Shown here: piece after piece, positions 1 to 13,399 of the stretch
Position numbering within the stretch: position 1 is the first letter of the stretch
How the letters are laid out: each line of letters opens with the position of its first letter
Assembly: GCF_963921235.1 (NCBI RefSeq)
Contig: NC_086097.1
Coordinates: 75,580,001-75,644,000 of the forward strand
Source of the DNA: Mobula hypostoma
Lineage: Eukaryota
Length of the DNA: 64,000 nt
Reading direction: 5' to 3'
Translations under genes and position numbers: made by a program
The notes under the pieces: generated by a model
The model's database searches: none
Told to the model about the DNA's origin: nothing
What the model saw: the letters and a program-made list of their open reading frames with translations, nothing else

Positions 1-1000
1 TTTGTACCCAATTTTTGGCTTGTCCTTCCTTACATTCATGTTACATCCTTACTTGCAAACCTGCTGGCACATCCTCAGCCCAGTCACTCTGGTTCCGCAC
101 CCCTGCCAACCTAGTTTAAATCTTCCCCAACAGCTCTAGTAAACCTGTCCTCAAAGATATTTGTCCCCCTCGAGTTCTGGTGTACAGTTCGTCCCTGCCC
201 AAGAAGAGTTCCCAATGATTTAGATATCTGAACCCCTGCCCACTGGGCCAGTTCCTCAGCCATTCATTTATCTGCCAAAACATCCTACTCTTGCCCTCAC
301 TGGTGTGTGGCACAGGCAGCAATCCAAAGATCACTACTCTGAAGCTTCCACTTTTCACCTTTCTACCTAATTCTCTAAATTTTCTCTTCAGTACTTCCTT
401 CCTTCTCCTACCTCTGGAATTAGTGTCAATATGTACCAAGACTTCTGGCTGCTCACCCTCCCCCTTTAGAATGCCATGAACTCAATCTGAGGCATCCCTG
501 ACCCTGGCGCCCGGGAGGCAACATACCATTCGGATGTTTTATCATGTCCGCAGAATCTCATGTCTGCTCCTCTAACTGTAGAATCCCTATCACTACTATA
601 GTCCTCTTCTTCCCCTTTCCCTCCTGAGCCACAGCACCAGACACCCAGTCACTGTAACTCTCCCCTGGATAGTTGTACCCCCAGCAGTGTCCAAAGCAAT
701 ATACTTATTATTCAGGGGAACGGTCACAAGGGTATTCTGTACTATCTGCTCAATTCCTTTCCCTCTCCTGACAATCACCTAGGTACCTGCCTCCTGTAAC
801 TTAGGGGTGACTACCTCCCTGTAGCTCCTATCTATCACCTCCTCATTTTCCCGTTTGAGCCGAAGGGCATTGAGCTACAACTCCAGTTCCTTAACATGCT
901 CTCTGAGGAGTTGCAGCTCGGTGCACCTAAACCAGATGTGGTTATCTAGGAAATTGAAGGTCTCCTAGACTTCCATCATCTCTCACAAAGAACACAACAC
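1..1000 (-). mobile_element. CR1 LINE 5' part: decayed ORF1 (zinc finger/coiled coil + SGNH esterase); runs off the window start
   Basis: ORF 116..439 (VHIDTN..KEVLKRKFRELGRKVKS..VVIFGLLPVP) parallels CR1 ORF1 at 3980..4177 and 17350..17553; 596..778 has the PLNNKY motif. Confidence 0.85.
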
Positions 1001-2882
1001 AGCTATTCTAGACAACACAGCCTGAGAACCATTCTAGGGTATAGAATACTAGAGTTAGGGTACAGTCAAGCATTGATTATAGTTATCTGACTATATTCTT
1101 CTATTGCACAAATTGCAAAAAAACAAGAAGCTCCTCCTTGGTTTCATCTTTCATAACTGATCAATAACGTTATCATTTTGAAACCTTGTCTGACACCAAA
1201 CTGGAAGCTGAAACGAATATTAGGTTATCTGTTTACACCACATCCTCAGATCCAGAATACTGTTGTGACTGTGATCGAAGTCACCAGAGAGATACTGGAA
1301 ATGTGGATATGAGTCTTTATTCTTCACAACAAACAGACATTCTTGTGGAGGCACTTGTTGTGGTCTCCCAAACTCAAAGTACAGCACATTCTTATACCTT
1401 TAAGATTAATAGGTGATTCCATCGAGTTTCAATAGTTACATAATTTACTTCAATAGCTTGGGTTGATAATGCTTCCTTTGAATTGCATATCTACAATGGG
1501 CAACATCTTGAATGTTCAAAAACAAACTGATTGCAAGCTTCCCTGAACTTGCACAATGTTCACAATGTTTCAATGGTGCAAGTTTCTTAAACTCGTAGTT
1601 GGTGCAGGGCAATTAACACAACTCGTTGTCTTAACGCTTGGCTGATGCATATGCAAAAACTCAGGGTCACGATTATGCAAACCGTATCACGTAGTCTCCG
1701 CTCTGTATACAATATTGTTTACTTACAAAGGTGTGCTTTTAACTTCAATTTGCTGAGTGCAACTTACAATTTACATTAAGAACTCAAGACTGGTTTTTGC
1801 TTCAATTGATATCTACTCAATTCACATAATTCCAGAATATTCCCTGACAAATACAGGTGTTGAAAGTTACGGTAAAAAATCCAGAAAGCAGAGGGTGAGT
1901 TGAGAGCACTTGAGACAGGGCTGCTGGGGAAGATTGTGCCAAGGGAACCAGGGGGTGACTATTGCTGAAAGGTGTGAAGGTGAATCTGAGACATCTTTGG
2001 AAGGGACCTCAGTAACTGGGCAGGCGAGTAGATAGTAAGGAGGGGGGAAGTCAAACACACAAACGAAGAGCAGCTGGCGGTTTTAAAAAATAGTAACTTG
2101 GACAAATCCCTACAGCTGGGACCTTGTGGGCATCTACAGAGAAAAATTCATGGACCCTGGCAGAGATATTTGTATAATTGTTAACCACAGGTGAGGTACT
2201 GGAAGACAGGAGGCTGGTTAATGGTGTATCTTTATTCAAGAAAGGCTAAGACAAGCCAGTGAGCATAAAATCAGTGGTGATAAAGTTACCGGAGGAGATT
2301 CTGAGAGAAAGGATCTACTAGCATTTAGAAAGGCAAGGACTTATGAGGAATAGTCAGCATGGCTTTGGGCATGGGAAATAATGTGTCACAAATTTGGGCT
2401 TTTGGAGGGATGACTGTAGCAAGACTTTTGTCAATGTCCTACATGGTAGGCTGGTCTAGAAGGTTTAAGGAAATGGAATCCAGAATGAGCCAGCCAACGG
2501 TATACAAAATTGGCTTGGCAAGAGAAGACAGAGGGTTGGAGTGGAGGGATGTACTTCACATTGGAGGCCAGTGGCCAAGTGGTATGCCTCAGGGATCAGA
2601 GCTGAATATACAGTTGTTTGTTATCTACCATATATGGACAATATGGATGACAATGTTGTTAAGAGGATTTTTCTCGGCGGTTGATCGGGACAGGACTGCG
2701 CAAGCACATGTAAGTCGGTCCGTGAGGCAGCGGGAGTATTTCCAAGAGAGCAGTTTGACGGAGCGGGTGACGTAGCGGGCGAAGGAGTAGAGGGAGACAA
2801 AGTAGAGAGGCTTTTTCTCAAGAGGCTTTGGTGAACAGAGGCTGAGGACGAGCTCCACTTCAAGTGAGGTAAGGCTGGGTAA

Positions 2883-3286
2883 CACACATCAAAGTTGCTG
2901 GTGAATGCAGCAGGCCAGGCAGCATCTGTAGGCAGAGGTACAGTCGATGTTTCAGGCCGAGACCCTTCATCAGGACTAACTGAAGGAAGAGTTAGTAAGA
3001 GATTTGAAAGTGGGGGGGGGAGGGGGAGATCCAAAATGATAGGAGAAGACAGGAGGGGGAGGGATGGAGCCAAGAGCTGGACAGGTGATTGGCAAAGGGG
3101 ATATGAGAGGATCATGGGACAGGAGGTCAAATCTCTTACTAACTCCTCCTTCAGTTAGTCCCAACGAAGGGTCTCGGCCTGAAACGTCGACTATACCTCT
3201 TCCTAGAGATGCTGCCTGGCCTGCTGCATTCACCAGCAACTTTGATGTGTGTTGCTTGAATTTCCAGCATCTGCAGAATTCCTGTT
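2883..3286. mobile_element. Penelope-like element remnant: two inverted pLTR ends, inserted in the CR1 5'UTR
   Basis: 2881-3007 is the reverse complement of 3127-3253; 14-bp TSD GTAAGGCTGGGTAA at 2869-2882 and 3287-3300; arms match the 3' end of the Penelope at 15150-15430. Confidence 0.92.
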
Positions 3287-3383
3287 GTAAGGCTGGGTAA
3301 GTTCCTTTAAAAGGAGAACGGTCTGCAGTGGTATTTTATTTGAAGCAAGGAAGGCAGCGAGGCTGTAGCATATTGGCTAGGTC

Positions 3384-4325
3384 ATGACAGCTGTGATCGG
3401 CCCCGTGGTTTGTTCCTCCTGCAGCATTCGGGAAATCAGGGATACTTCCAATGTCCCTGACGACTATGAGTGTAGGAAATGTGTCCAGCTGCAGCTTCTG
3501 GCAGACCGCATTGAGCAGCTGGAGCTGCGAATGGATTCATACTGGAGCATCCGCGATGCTGAGAAAGTCGTGAATAGCACGGTCAGTGAGTTGGCCACAC
3601 TGCAGGTAAAGGTTACACAGGCAGAAAGGGAATGGGTGGTCACTAAACAGCGTAGCAGTAGGCAGGTAGTGCAGGAGTCCCCTGAGGTCATCTCCCTCCT
3701 AAACAGATATACTGTTTTGGATACTGTTGGGGGAGACGTCTCATCAGGAGAAGGCAGCAGCAGCTGAGTTCTTGGCACCATGGGTGGCTCTGCGGCACAG
3801 GAGGGAAGGAAAAGGAGTGGGAGAGCTATAGTGATAGGGGATTCGATTGTAAGGGGAATAGACAGGCGTTTCTGCAATGCAAACGAGACTCCAGGAGGGT
3901 ATGTTGCCTCCCTGGTGCAAGGGTCAAGGATGTCTCTGAGCAACTGCAGGACATTCTGGAGTGGGAGGGTGAACAGCCAGTGGTCGTGGTGCACATAGGT
4001 ACCAACGATATAGGTAAAAAATGGGATGAGGTCCTACAAGGTGAATTTAGGGAGTTAGGAGATAAACTAAAAAGTAGGACCACAAAGGTAATAATCTCTG
4101 GATTACTACCAGTGCCACGTGCTAGTCAGAGTAGAAAAAGGAGGATATTTCAGATGAATACGTGGCTTGAAAAATAGTGCGGGGGGAGGGATTCAAATTT
4201 CTGGGGCATTGGAACCAGTTCTGGAGGAGGTGGGACCGGTACAACCAGGACGGTCTGCACTTGGGCTGGACTGGAACCAATGTCCTGGGGGAGCATTTGC
4301 TACTGTTGTTCAGGAGGATTTAAAC
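3384..4325 (+). pseudogene. CR1 ORF1p (zinc finger/leucine zipper + SGNH esterase), disrupted
   Basis: ORFs 3384..3767 (CSSC..CRKC), 3780..3998 (IVIGDSIVRG) and 3980..4177 (VVHIGTNDIG); stops and frameshifts between them. Confidence 0.9.
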
Positions 4326-4327
4326 TA

Positions 4328-7314
4328 ATGTGGCAGGGGGATGGGAACAAGTGCACAGAGACAGAGGGGTGTAAAATGAGGGTAGAAGCAAAAAGTAGTA
4401 AGGTGAAAAGTAAAAGTGGCAGGCCAGCAAATCCAGGGCAAAAATCAAAAAGGGCCAGTTTTCAACATAATTGTATAAGGGCTAAGAGTGTCGTAAAAGC
4501 AAGCCTGAATGCTTTGTGTGTCAATGCAAGGAGCATTCATAACAAGGTGGATGAATTGAATGTGCAGATAGTTATTAATGAATATGATATAGTTGGGATC
4601 ACAGAGACATGGTTCCAGCGTGACCAAGGGTGGGAGCTCAACATTCAGGGATATTCAATATTCAGGAGGGATAGACATGAAAGAAAAGGAGGTGGGGTAG
4701 CATTGCTGGTTAAAGAGGAGATTAACGCAATAGAAAGGATGGACATTAGCCGGGAGGATGTGGAATCGATATGGGTAGAGCTGCATAACACTAAGGGGCA
4801 GAAAACACCCGTGGGAGTTGTGTACAGGCCACCTAACAGTAGTAATGAGGTTGGAGATGGCATTAAACAGGAAATTAGAAATGCGTGCAATAAAGGAACA
4901 GCAGTTATAATGGGTGACTTCAATCTACATATAAAATGGGTGAACCAAATTGGTAAGGGTGCTGAGGAAGAGGATTTCTTGGAATGTATGCGGGATGGTT
5001 TTCTGAACCAACATGTCGAGGAACCAACTAGAGAGCAGGCCATTCTAGACTGGGTATTGAGCAATGAGGAAGGGTTAGTTAGCAATCTTGTCGTGCGAGG
5101 CCCCTTGGGTAAGAGTGACCATAATATGGTGGAATTCTTCATTAAGATGGAGAGTGATATAGTTAATTTAGTAACAAAGGTTCTGAACTTAAAGAAGGGT
5201 AACTTTGAAGGTATAAGACGTGAATTAGCTAAGATAGACTGGCAAATGATACTTAAAGAGTTGACGGTGGATATGCAATGGCAAGCATTTAAAGATCGCA
5301 TGGATGAACTACAACAATTGTTCATCCCAGTTTGGCAAAAGAATAAACCAGGGAAGGTAGTGCACCCGTGGCTGACTAGGGAAATTAGGGATAGCATCAA
5401 TTCCAAAGAAGAAACATACAAATTAGCCAGAAAAAGCGGCTCACCTGAGGACTGGGAGAAATTCAGAGTCCAGCAGAGGAGGACAAAGGGCTTAATTAGG
5501 AAAGGGAAAAAAGATTATGAGAGAAAGCTGGCAGCAAACATAAAACCTGACTGTAAAAGCTTTTATAGATATGCGAAAAGAAAAAGATTGGTTAAGACAA
5601 ATGTAGGTCCCTTACAGTCAGAAACAGGTGAATTGATCATGGGGAACAAGAACATGGCAGACCAACTGAATAACTACTTTGGTTCTGTCTTCACTAAGGA
5701 GGACATAAATAATCTTCCAGAAATAGTAGGGCACCGAGGGTCTAGTGAGATGGAGGAACTGAGGGAAGTACATATTAGTAGGGAAGTGGTGTTAGGTAAA
5801 TTGAAGGAATTAAAAGCAGATAAATCCCCAGGGCCAGATGGTCTGCATCCCAGAGTGCTTAAGGAAGTAGCCCAAGAAATAGTGGACGCATTAGTGATAA
5901 TTTTTCAAAATTCTTTAGATTCTGGATTAGTGCCTGAGGATTGGAGGGTGGCTAATGTAACCCAGCTTTTTAAAAAAAGAGGAAGAGAGAAACCGGGATA
6001 TTATAGAAAATGGTAAGCATGACATCAGTGGTGGGGAAAATGCTAGAGTCAGTTATCAAAGATGTGATAACAGCACATTTGGAAAGCGGTGAAATCATCA
6101 GACAAAGTCAGCATGGATTTGTGAAAGGAAAATCATGTCTGACGAATATCATAGAATTTTTCGAGGATGTAACTAGTAGAGTGGTTAGGGGAGAACCAGT
6201 GGATGTGGTATATTTGGATTTTCAAAAGGCTTTTGACAAGGTCCCACACAGGAGATTAATGTGCAAACTTAAAGCACACGGTATTGGGAGTATGGTATTG
6301 ATGTGGATAGAGAATTGGTTGGCAGACAGGAAGCAAAGAGTGGGAATAAAAGGGACCTTTTCAGAATGGCAGGCAGTGACTAGTGGGGTACCGCAAGGCT
6401 CAGTGCTGGGACCCCAGTTGTTTACAATATATATTAATGACTTAGACGAGGGAATTAAATGCAGCATCTCCAAGTTTGCGGATGACATGAAGCTGGGCGG
6501 CAGTGTTAACTGTGAGGAGGATACTAAGAGGATGCAGGGTGACTTGGATAGGTTAGGTGAGTGAGCAAATTCATGGCAGATGAAATTTAATGTGGATAAA
6601 TGTGAGTTTATCCACTTTGGTGGCAAGAACAGGAAATCAGATTATTATCTGAATGGTGGCCGATTAGGAAAAGGGGAGGTGCAATGAGACCTGGGTGTCA
6701 TTGTACACTAGTCATTGAAAGTGGGCATGCAGGTACAGCAGGCAGTGAAAAGGGCGAATGGTATGCTGGCATTCATAGCAAGAGGATTCGAGTATGGGAG
6801 CAGGGAGGTACTACTGCAGTTGTACCTGGTCTTGGTGAGACCACACCTGGAATATTGTGTGCAGTTTTGGTCCCCTAATCTGAGGAAAGACATTCTTGCT
6901 ATAGAGGGAGTGCAAAGAAGGTTCACCAGATTGATTCCTGGGATGGCAGGACTTTCATATGATGAAAGACTGGATCGACTAGGCTTATACTCCCTGGAAT
7001 TCAGAAGATTGAGGGAGGATCTTATTGAAACGTATAAATTTCTAAAGGGATTGGACAGGCTAGATGTAGGAAGTTTGTTCCCAATGTTGGAGAAGTCCAG
7101 AATGAGGGGTCACAGTTTGAGGATAAAGGGGAAGACTTTTAGGACTGAGATGAGGAAAAACTTCTTCACACAGAGAGTGGTGAATCTGTGGAATTCTCTG
7201 CCACAGGAAACAGTTGAGGCCAGTTCATTGGCTATATTTAAGAGGGAGTTAGATATGACCCTTGTGGCTAAAGGGATCAGGGGGTATGGAGAGAAGGCAG
7301 GTACAGGGTTCTGA
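4328..7314 (+). pseudogene. CR1 ORF2p (AP endonuclease + reverse transcriptase), disrupted
   Basis: VNARS, GITETW, GVVYRPP, MGDFN, SDH (APE); [30 protein letters not shown] (RT). Frameshift near 6005, TGA at 6562 and 6685. Confidence 0.95.
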
Positions 7315-7660
7315 GTTGGATGATTAGCCATGATCATACTGAATGGCGGTGCAGGCTCAAAGGGCTGAATGGCCTACTCCTGCACCTATTTTCTATGTTT
7401 CTATGTTTCTATTAGTAAGTTTGTGGATAACATCAAAATTGCTGATGCACCAACAGTGAAATGGGTTGCCTAAGCTTTCAAGGGGATCTAGACCAACTTG
7501 GTAAACAAGCCAGAGAACGGAAAATGAAATTTAATTTCAAAGTGCAAGGTGTTGCACTTTGGTAAGTAACAACCATTGCCAGGACTCTCCAGGGCTCTAC
7601 CATTTACCATGTAAGTGTTGTAGAAAAGAAGAACCAAGGATACAGGTACATAGTTCGTTA

Positions 7661-8217
7661 TGTAACTCTTGGTTCATCTAGCGGCTTAATCTCGGGGAAG
7701 ACAGCCCTCAGCTCAGCCAAACTTAAGAAATCTTGTTTGGGTGGATGATGCGCGATGTATTCCCTGTTACAAATCAGTACCATGAAATAACAAATAGTAC
7801 ACAAAATGAAAGTAAACGATATGAGCTTTATAATTCTTAATTTGACTATATGGTTAGTAAAGAAACAAAAAAAAAGAAAAGAGCCCGTTCTCATGAAACA
7901 GTCTATTGCACAACATTGCAGCTCACGGTTCAGTCCACTGGTTTTCTGTTGACCCCCTCCGAGCATAGCTGACCCTCGGACCCTTGCTTCGTCCTCTCCG
8001 TCTGGTGGTCTACCAACTTTCTGCATTCGCGTCTTCTCTCTTCATCCCTCCCCAGCAAAAGACCGCAAAATCCCTGCTCTCAGACCTACAAGAAAGAACA
8101 ACATCCCTCTCATTGGATGGTACACATTCCAAAACCCCATTATCTCTTGTCATAACCCAAACATTGCTGCTACAGAGAAACCATTACATTAGCAGTGAAA
8201 CCTTACAGTGCATTACA
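7661..8217. mobile_element. Solo LTR (TG...CA, ~557 bp), probably Ty3/Gypsy
   Basis: Starts TGTAAC, ends ATTACA; interrupts the old CR1 cleanly; flanks GTTA/CTTA (4-bp TSD, 1 mismatch). Confidence 0.75.
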
Positions 8218-8829
8218 CTTAAAAGTGAAGATACAGGTAGACAGGATAGGCAAAAAGGCATTTGTCATATTTGTATTTGTCTTTCTTGATCAAGTAATGG
8301 AGTACAAGAATTGGGATGTAATGTGACACCTGTACATATGCATTTATGGTCTCCTGGGTATCAGAAGGATTAAGGTGGAAAGAGTTTACAAAAAAGTTTT
8401 ACGGGGATGTTACTAATACTGGAGTGCTTGCATTTTAAGGAGAGACTGGATAGGCTGAGATATTCTTCTCTGGAGTTTGGAGACTAAGGGGTCACCTTAT
8501 AGAGATATGCATAAGCACAAGTAGCATAGGTAAATTGAATGATCATAGTCATTTAGACATTTACATGAATAGGAAAGTTTAGAGGGACATGGGCCAAACC
8601 TAGCTAAGTAGGCAACTTCATCAGCGTTGACGAGTTGGGCCACAGGGCCTGTTTCTATGCTTATATAACTCTATGACTATTTCACATCCTGACAACACCA
8701 GCAGAAAGGAGGAGGTGGTTAAGAAGGAACACTTACAATAAAATTAATTTGTATCTATGTGCCTGAAGGTTTCAACTTGAACTCTCTATCAGCAGAACAA
8801 AGTGACGATGAATAGATTACTGGTTTATG

Positions 8830-9650
8830 TATTAAATTTAGAGTCATGGAGTTATTACAACACAAAAGAGGCCATCTGGTCCATGCTTGTTCTATGTTAA
8901 GCCATCCAGTTGGTCCCATTCCATTGTAACCCTGCAAACTTACTTCCCTCAGGTCTCTTTCCAATTTCTCCTGAGATCATTGATCACCTCTGCTTCAACT
9001 ACCCTTATTAGCAGTAGGTAACTGCCCACATAAAAAAAATGACATTATTTGTCTGTATTTCTGTATCTCTTGGTCAAAATGTTAAAACAATGTCTTCTTG
9101 CCAATTTACATTATCTAAATGTCTATTGTGAACCTCTAACAAATCTGCTCTGCCCCAAGGTGGACAATCCTAACTTCTCCATCTTGGAGTTAAAGTTTCT
9201 TGTTAGTGGAACAATATTGATTTTCCTCCTGTGACCCCTGAGATATTTCCTAATGTGTAATCAAAACTGGATACAATATTTAGTTCTACACTGATTAGGG
9301 CCGCATGAAGCTTATATCACTCTATTAAATAATGATCCTGAATACTTTGCTAATTTCTCTCCATTCTTCATGGCAATATCTAAGCACTTGAACCACCAGA
9401 TCCACCATTTCCTGTACAGTATTTAGAACTATGCCATTAAGTTTATATTACAATTCCCAGTCGTTGTATGTTCAGCCGGTATAATCTACTTATAAATTCA
9501 AGATATTCTTCAGGTGCTCAAAATCTTGAGCTGCACACACAAAATGCTGGAGGAAATCTAAACAAAAGGCCTCAGCCCAAAACTTTGGTTGTTTATTTCC
9601 TTCCATAAATGCTGCCTGACTCACTGAGTTTTGAGTGTGATACTCTTTTG
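8830..9650 (-). mobile_element. Very old CR1 3' fragment followed by a degenerate Penelope terminal remnant (~9520-9650)
   Basis: Weak similarity to CR1 3' ends; 'cacacacaaaatgctggaggaa' and 'aaaggcctcagcccaaaa' resemble Penelope termini in the window. Confidence 0.5.
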
Positions 9651-11911
9651 TTAGATTGTCCAATAGTTTGTTTATGAACAAAAAAAAATGAATGATCCGG
9701 ATATATAAAATTGTAACATATTTGCTTCTAAAGTCTGTTTATCATTAAGAAAATAGCAGTCTTCCTCTGCAGAGGAATCCATGTCAAACCACTTCAAAGA
9801 ATGTCTGATGTGGTCAAACTCTGGTTTAACCATCTCAACATGTCCACGTAAACAGTGAAGAACAGGTGTTTAGTTCTGTCATCCTTTGTCGCTGCTTTCA
9901 CTTTCACAGCTGCTTCAACAGAAACTATTCTGTTTACTTGTTAGGTTTGAAATATTTTGGTTTAGAACCAATTTTTAAAATGAGCAAAGGAGTACATACA
10001 ACACAAAATTAAACATTTGACGTTCCAGACAATTGCAGGCCCTTCGTGACTGTAATGCAAAGCATCACATTGCAGCACCACACAGGAAAAAGGTGGGATT
10101 AACTTTATACAAATGCTTCCCCTTTCTCAGTTCTATTTTGTATAATTGTAATGTTTTAAACAGCTTGATATGCTTCTATGCTGCAAAAATTATTATGTAA
10201 CTAGTTTACTCTTTCAATAATAGTTTTAAGAAGTATCAATATTTTTCATTATTAATGGAAATGCATCCTTTCTTTTCGCACATAATCAGAACTAAACAAC
10301 ATAATGAGCGTAAAATTATGGAATTGTGAAGCTACTGTGAACATCTGTAAAGATATACTAATGTTATGTACAACAGCTTTCTCTGTCAGTGATACAGTAC
10401 TTGCAGGCTCTGAATTTTCTGCCCCTGATCGTCAGTGGTGGGAATGAGGTGGACAAAGAATTATACAATTCACTGACCCGGTGCTTGATGCCTGACTCTC
10501 AGCAGCATTGCTGTCAGCTCTTGAGAGTCTTCAGAGCTTCCCAATGGAGAACTTAAATATTGCTCCTGCTATAGGATTCAAATTCCAGTAAAGTTTAAAA
10601 GTATTGGAAGGGACAAGGAAAAGAACGTTGTTGCCTGTAATAAAATAACATAGAACTACACATCATTTGCCTCATTACAGACCTTAAGTCCTGATTTATA
10701 CGTAGATGTTTTTATATGTAATATGCTACCTTGATGTGGAATGCAGAGTTCCTGTACTCCACTTGAATTCTTTACATGCAGCATTACTGAGGTGGTAATG
10801 GTTGAAGGTGTGAATGATAGCTTTATCTACTATTCCCACTGAACTGGCCAGTGAAAGTCCAGAGTTGGAGAGTTGCTTTTGCTGGAGCTGGATAATTAAA
10901 TACAGAAAGCACATTAAGCACAAAAAACAAGTCTGGATCCAGTGCAGTCAGCAACATAGTGTCCTAGTGCCATAATGAGTGGACAGGAATGCACGTAAAA
11001 TCCCGCCAATAATATATTTCCTGTTTACATTTCATAGTCTGGGTCCTTGCAGTCTCTGTTGATCAATTTTGCTGTGTGTATCTCATATAATGAAAGTGCC
11101 ATCTAGGACAGGTTTCATGTCATGATTATCTTCAGAAGGCTGCCAGCTCCATGTTGTCCTAACCAACCATTTCCTTTTTCAGTTTACACACATTAGTGTT
11201 GAAACCGAAATATATAAGCAGTTTTACAAGTACACTCTAGGCACGTTCTTCAAAAATATTAAGTTCAGTTTTTGTGTTCATCTGGGTTTTCCACACTATT
11301 ATCTCTTGATTTCACCTTACCTTACCTATAGTTGGTGTTGCAATCTAAATCCATGTTTTACTTTTACTTTCAATCCCCACGATTTTTGTTAAAGCTTGAT
11401 TTATTCTTTCATCTATTCTGTTGCTTTGGATTCTCCTATTCAAGATCTTGTTTCATACTACATCTAAAACACATCTGCATTGATTAGCTAAAAATAATGC
11501 TCAAAAGCTACTCTGATACTCTGAACATTGATAATAAAGTTTCCTTTTTTTAAAAATTGTCTTTCAGTAGTGATTATTTATGAGAAGAAAATAGTTATTT
11601 CAGATCATTGTTCTTTCTGTTTATGGCATTGTAATTTGGCTTGGACTGTAGGATTGAAGGACTTGCTACAGATGTTATTTTGAAGAAATGCGAAAAACAA
11701 CATGCATTTGTGACAAAAATAAAACACTCTGATTCTTTTCCATTTCCAGGTTCAGACTCTCCCAAAGGATGGTTTCAATATTCTAGAGAGTAAATAGTGT
11801 GTATACTTGAAGTTTTTATTCATTCTAAATGACCAAAAGCCCGTGAAAACATAACTTATTGCCTTAGATTACTTCACCAAAGTCAAAGTTGAAGTTATAG
11901 TAAATTTAATA

Positions 11912-12663
11912 CACTGGACAACAATGATTTTGCTTCCTGAACACTTCTGGGTGTATCCTATGGATTTTGGGCTGCTGACCATAAAAATCACCATGAAATT
12001 TCCCTATCGTGCACCATTTTTTAAAAATTGCCTATATTTGTCATTTCAATTCATAATTCAAGTTCAAGGAAGATATTTTAGTTGGTCCATTCAATGACAG
12101 GCAATTCAAAGAACCTCCAATGGGACCAGAGAAAATCGCGTGGACGGTGTTCAAGGGTGTTGTTGAAAATTTTCTTGGCAACTACAGAACACCAAACTAC
12201 GTATTTGCAGCTGGTTGCCAACATGTTTCAAGTATACAAAACCATGAAGTGCAACATATCACTAAAGATTAACTTTCTCTGCAAATCTTGGTGCTGTCAA
12301 TGACGAGCATGGTGAAAGGTTTCACCAGGACATTGCGATCATGGAGCAACGGTATTAGGGCAACTGGAATCCAACAATGCTGGATAATTATTTTCAGACA
12401 TTTAAGTTAAAAGCCTCAGACACTGAGTACAAATGAAAATAATCAACAAAACATTCTTAGCTTAGTTGAATTATTGCAAAGCGTCCGCACTGTAATGCAA
12501 TTAAATTCATTACATTCAATAAACGTTAATTTCTTGTTTCTCCAAATTCCTACACGATACAAGTAGTCTGGAATTATATTTGTGTTCAGCTTCAAGTGGT
12601 CTATAAGAATCAAAAAAAAATTCTGAGGAAGCAACACTTCTGAAAAAAAATTGTGGTCCAGTG
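11912..12663 (+). mobile_element. Internally deleted DNA transposon, Chapaev3-like (CMC superfamily)
   Basis: TIRs CACTGGACAACAAT / ATTGTGGTCCAGTG; internal pseudo-ORF KCNISLKINFL..NLGAVNDEHGERFHQDIAIMEQRY*GNWNPTMLDNY. Family call is from motif recall. Confidence 0.65.
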
Positions 12664-12664
12664 A

Positions 12665-13045
12665 GATTAATTTTCTTGCAGGTATTTACAGGAAAATTTA
12701 AAGAAAACAATAGAATTCATGAAAAATTATAAAAAATACTGACAAACAATCAAGGTGCGAAAGTAGACAAATTGTGCAAATAATTATATATATTGTTGAG
12801 GTGCATGAAGTTATCCACACTGGTTCAGGAGTCTGATGATTGGAGGGTAATGAATCTAGTGATATTGGACCTAAGGTTTCTGCTGGTAGAAGCAACCAAC
12901 ACTTGCTTTTGAGTCCTGCCAAAGAGCCTTGGCTGATACGTCGACTGTACTCTTTTCCATAGATGCTGCCTTGCCTGCTGAGTTCCTTCAGCATTTTGTG
13001 TGTGTTGCTTGGCTTTCCTGCACCTGCAGATTTTCTCCTGCTTGC
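12665..13045. mobile_element. Rex1/Babar-type 3' fragment (minus, ~12665-12850) and Penelope terminal fragment (plus, ~12910-13045)
   Basis: Similarity to 22464-22750 and to 15300-15430 respectively. Confidence 0.6.
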
Positions 13046-13399
13046 TTTTATCTGACGTGTTCAACCTGTAAAAGGCATATACTCTCAAAGTCAGAATTGT
13101 GTTAAAATATCAATAAAATATTGTTTGTTATAGTCAGATATTGAGGCTGATCTTTGAGAAGTAGCTAGTAACTGCACAAACTGATCTCTAATGTGTAATT
13201 GTAGGGACAGTAAAAATTAATGAAATCACATCCTCCAATGCAAAATACTCAAAAAGAAATATCTTCAGTGTTTCTTTTTTCATTGACAGAGATTAAAACC
13301 AATTTTCAACTCCTTGCCTCTGCACACAGCTTTCTTTGAGCTATTGTTTCTCCTTTCCTCCCTTAATAGTGTTTCTTAAATTCCCATGGTGTCCGAAAC

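Larger units (their letters stand above)
2670..7411 (+). mobile_element. Near full-length, relatively young CR1 LINE (5'UTR, ORF1, ORF2, 3' microsatellite tail)
   Basis: CpG-rich 5'UTR; ORF1 CxxC..CxxC + leucine zipper + esterase; ORF2 APE + RT; tail (TTCTATGT)n at ~7389-7411. Few lesions. Confidence 0.97.
2085..8680 (+). mobile_element. Old decayed CR1 ORF2/3' end, split by younger insertions (pieces 2085-2669, 7412-7660, 8218-8680)
   Basis: Degenerate RT motifs (SGMPQGSEL..LFVIY) stop at ~2669 and resume as 'attagtaagtttgtggat' (ISKFVD) at ~7411; CR1-type 3' end near 8670. Confidence 0.75.

Noticed and set aside
1186..1416. Possible host exon (plus ORF, or minus frame YKNVLYFEFGRP..)
   Set aside because: No recognised homology and weak splice signals.
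1560..1720. Octamer-like ATGCAAA motifs and CpGs as an enhancer
   Set aside because: Short imperfect motifs expected by chance; no independent support.
4645..5421. 258-aa antisense ORF and other antisense ORFs over CR1/Penelope
   Set aside because: Shadow frames of TE coding sequence.
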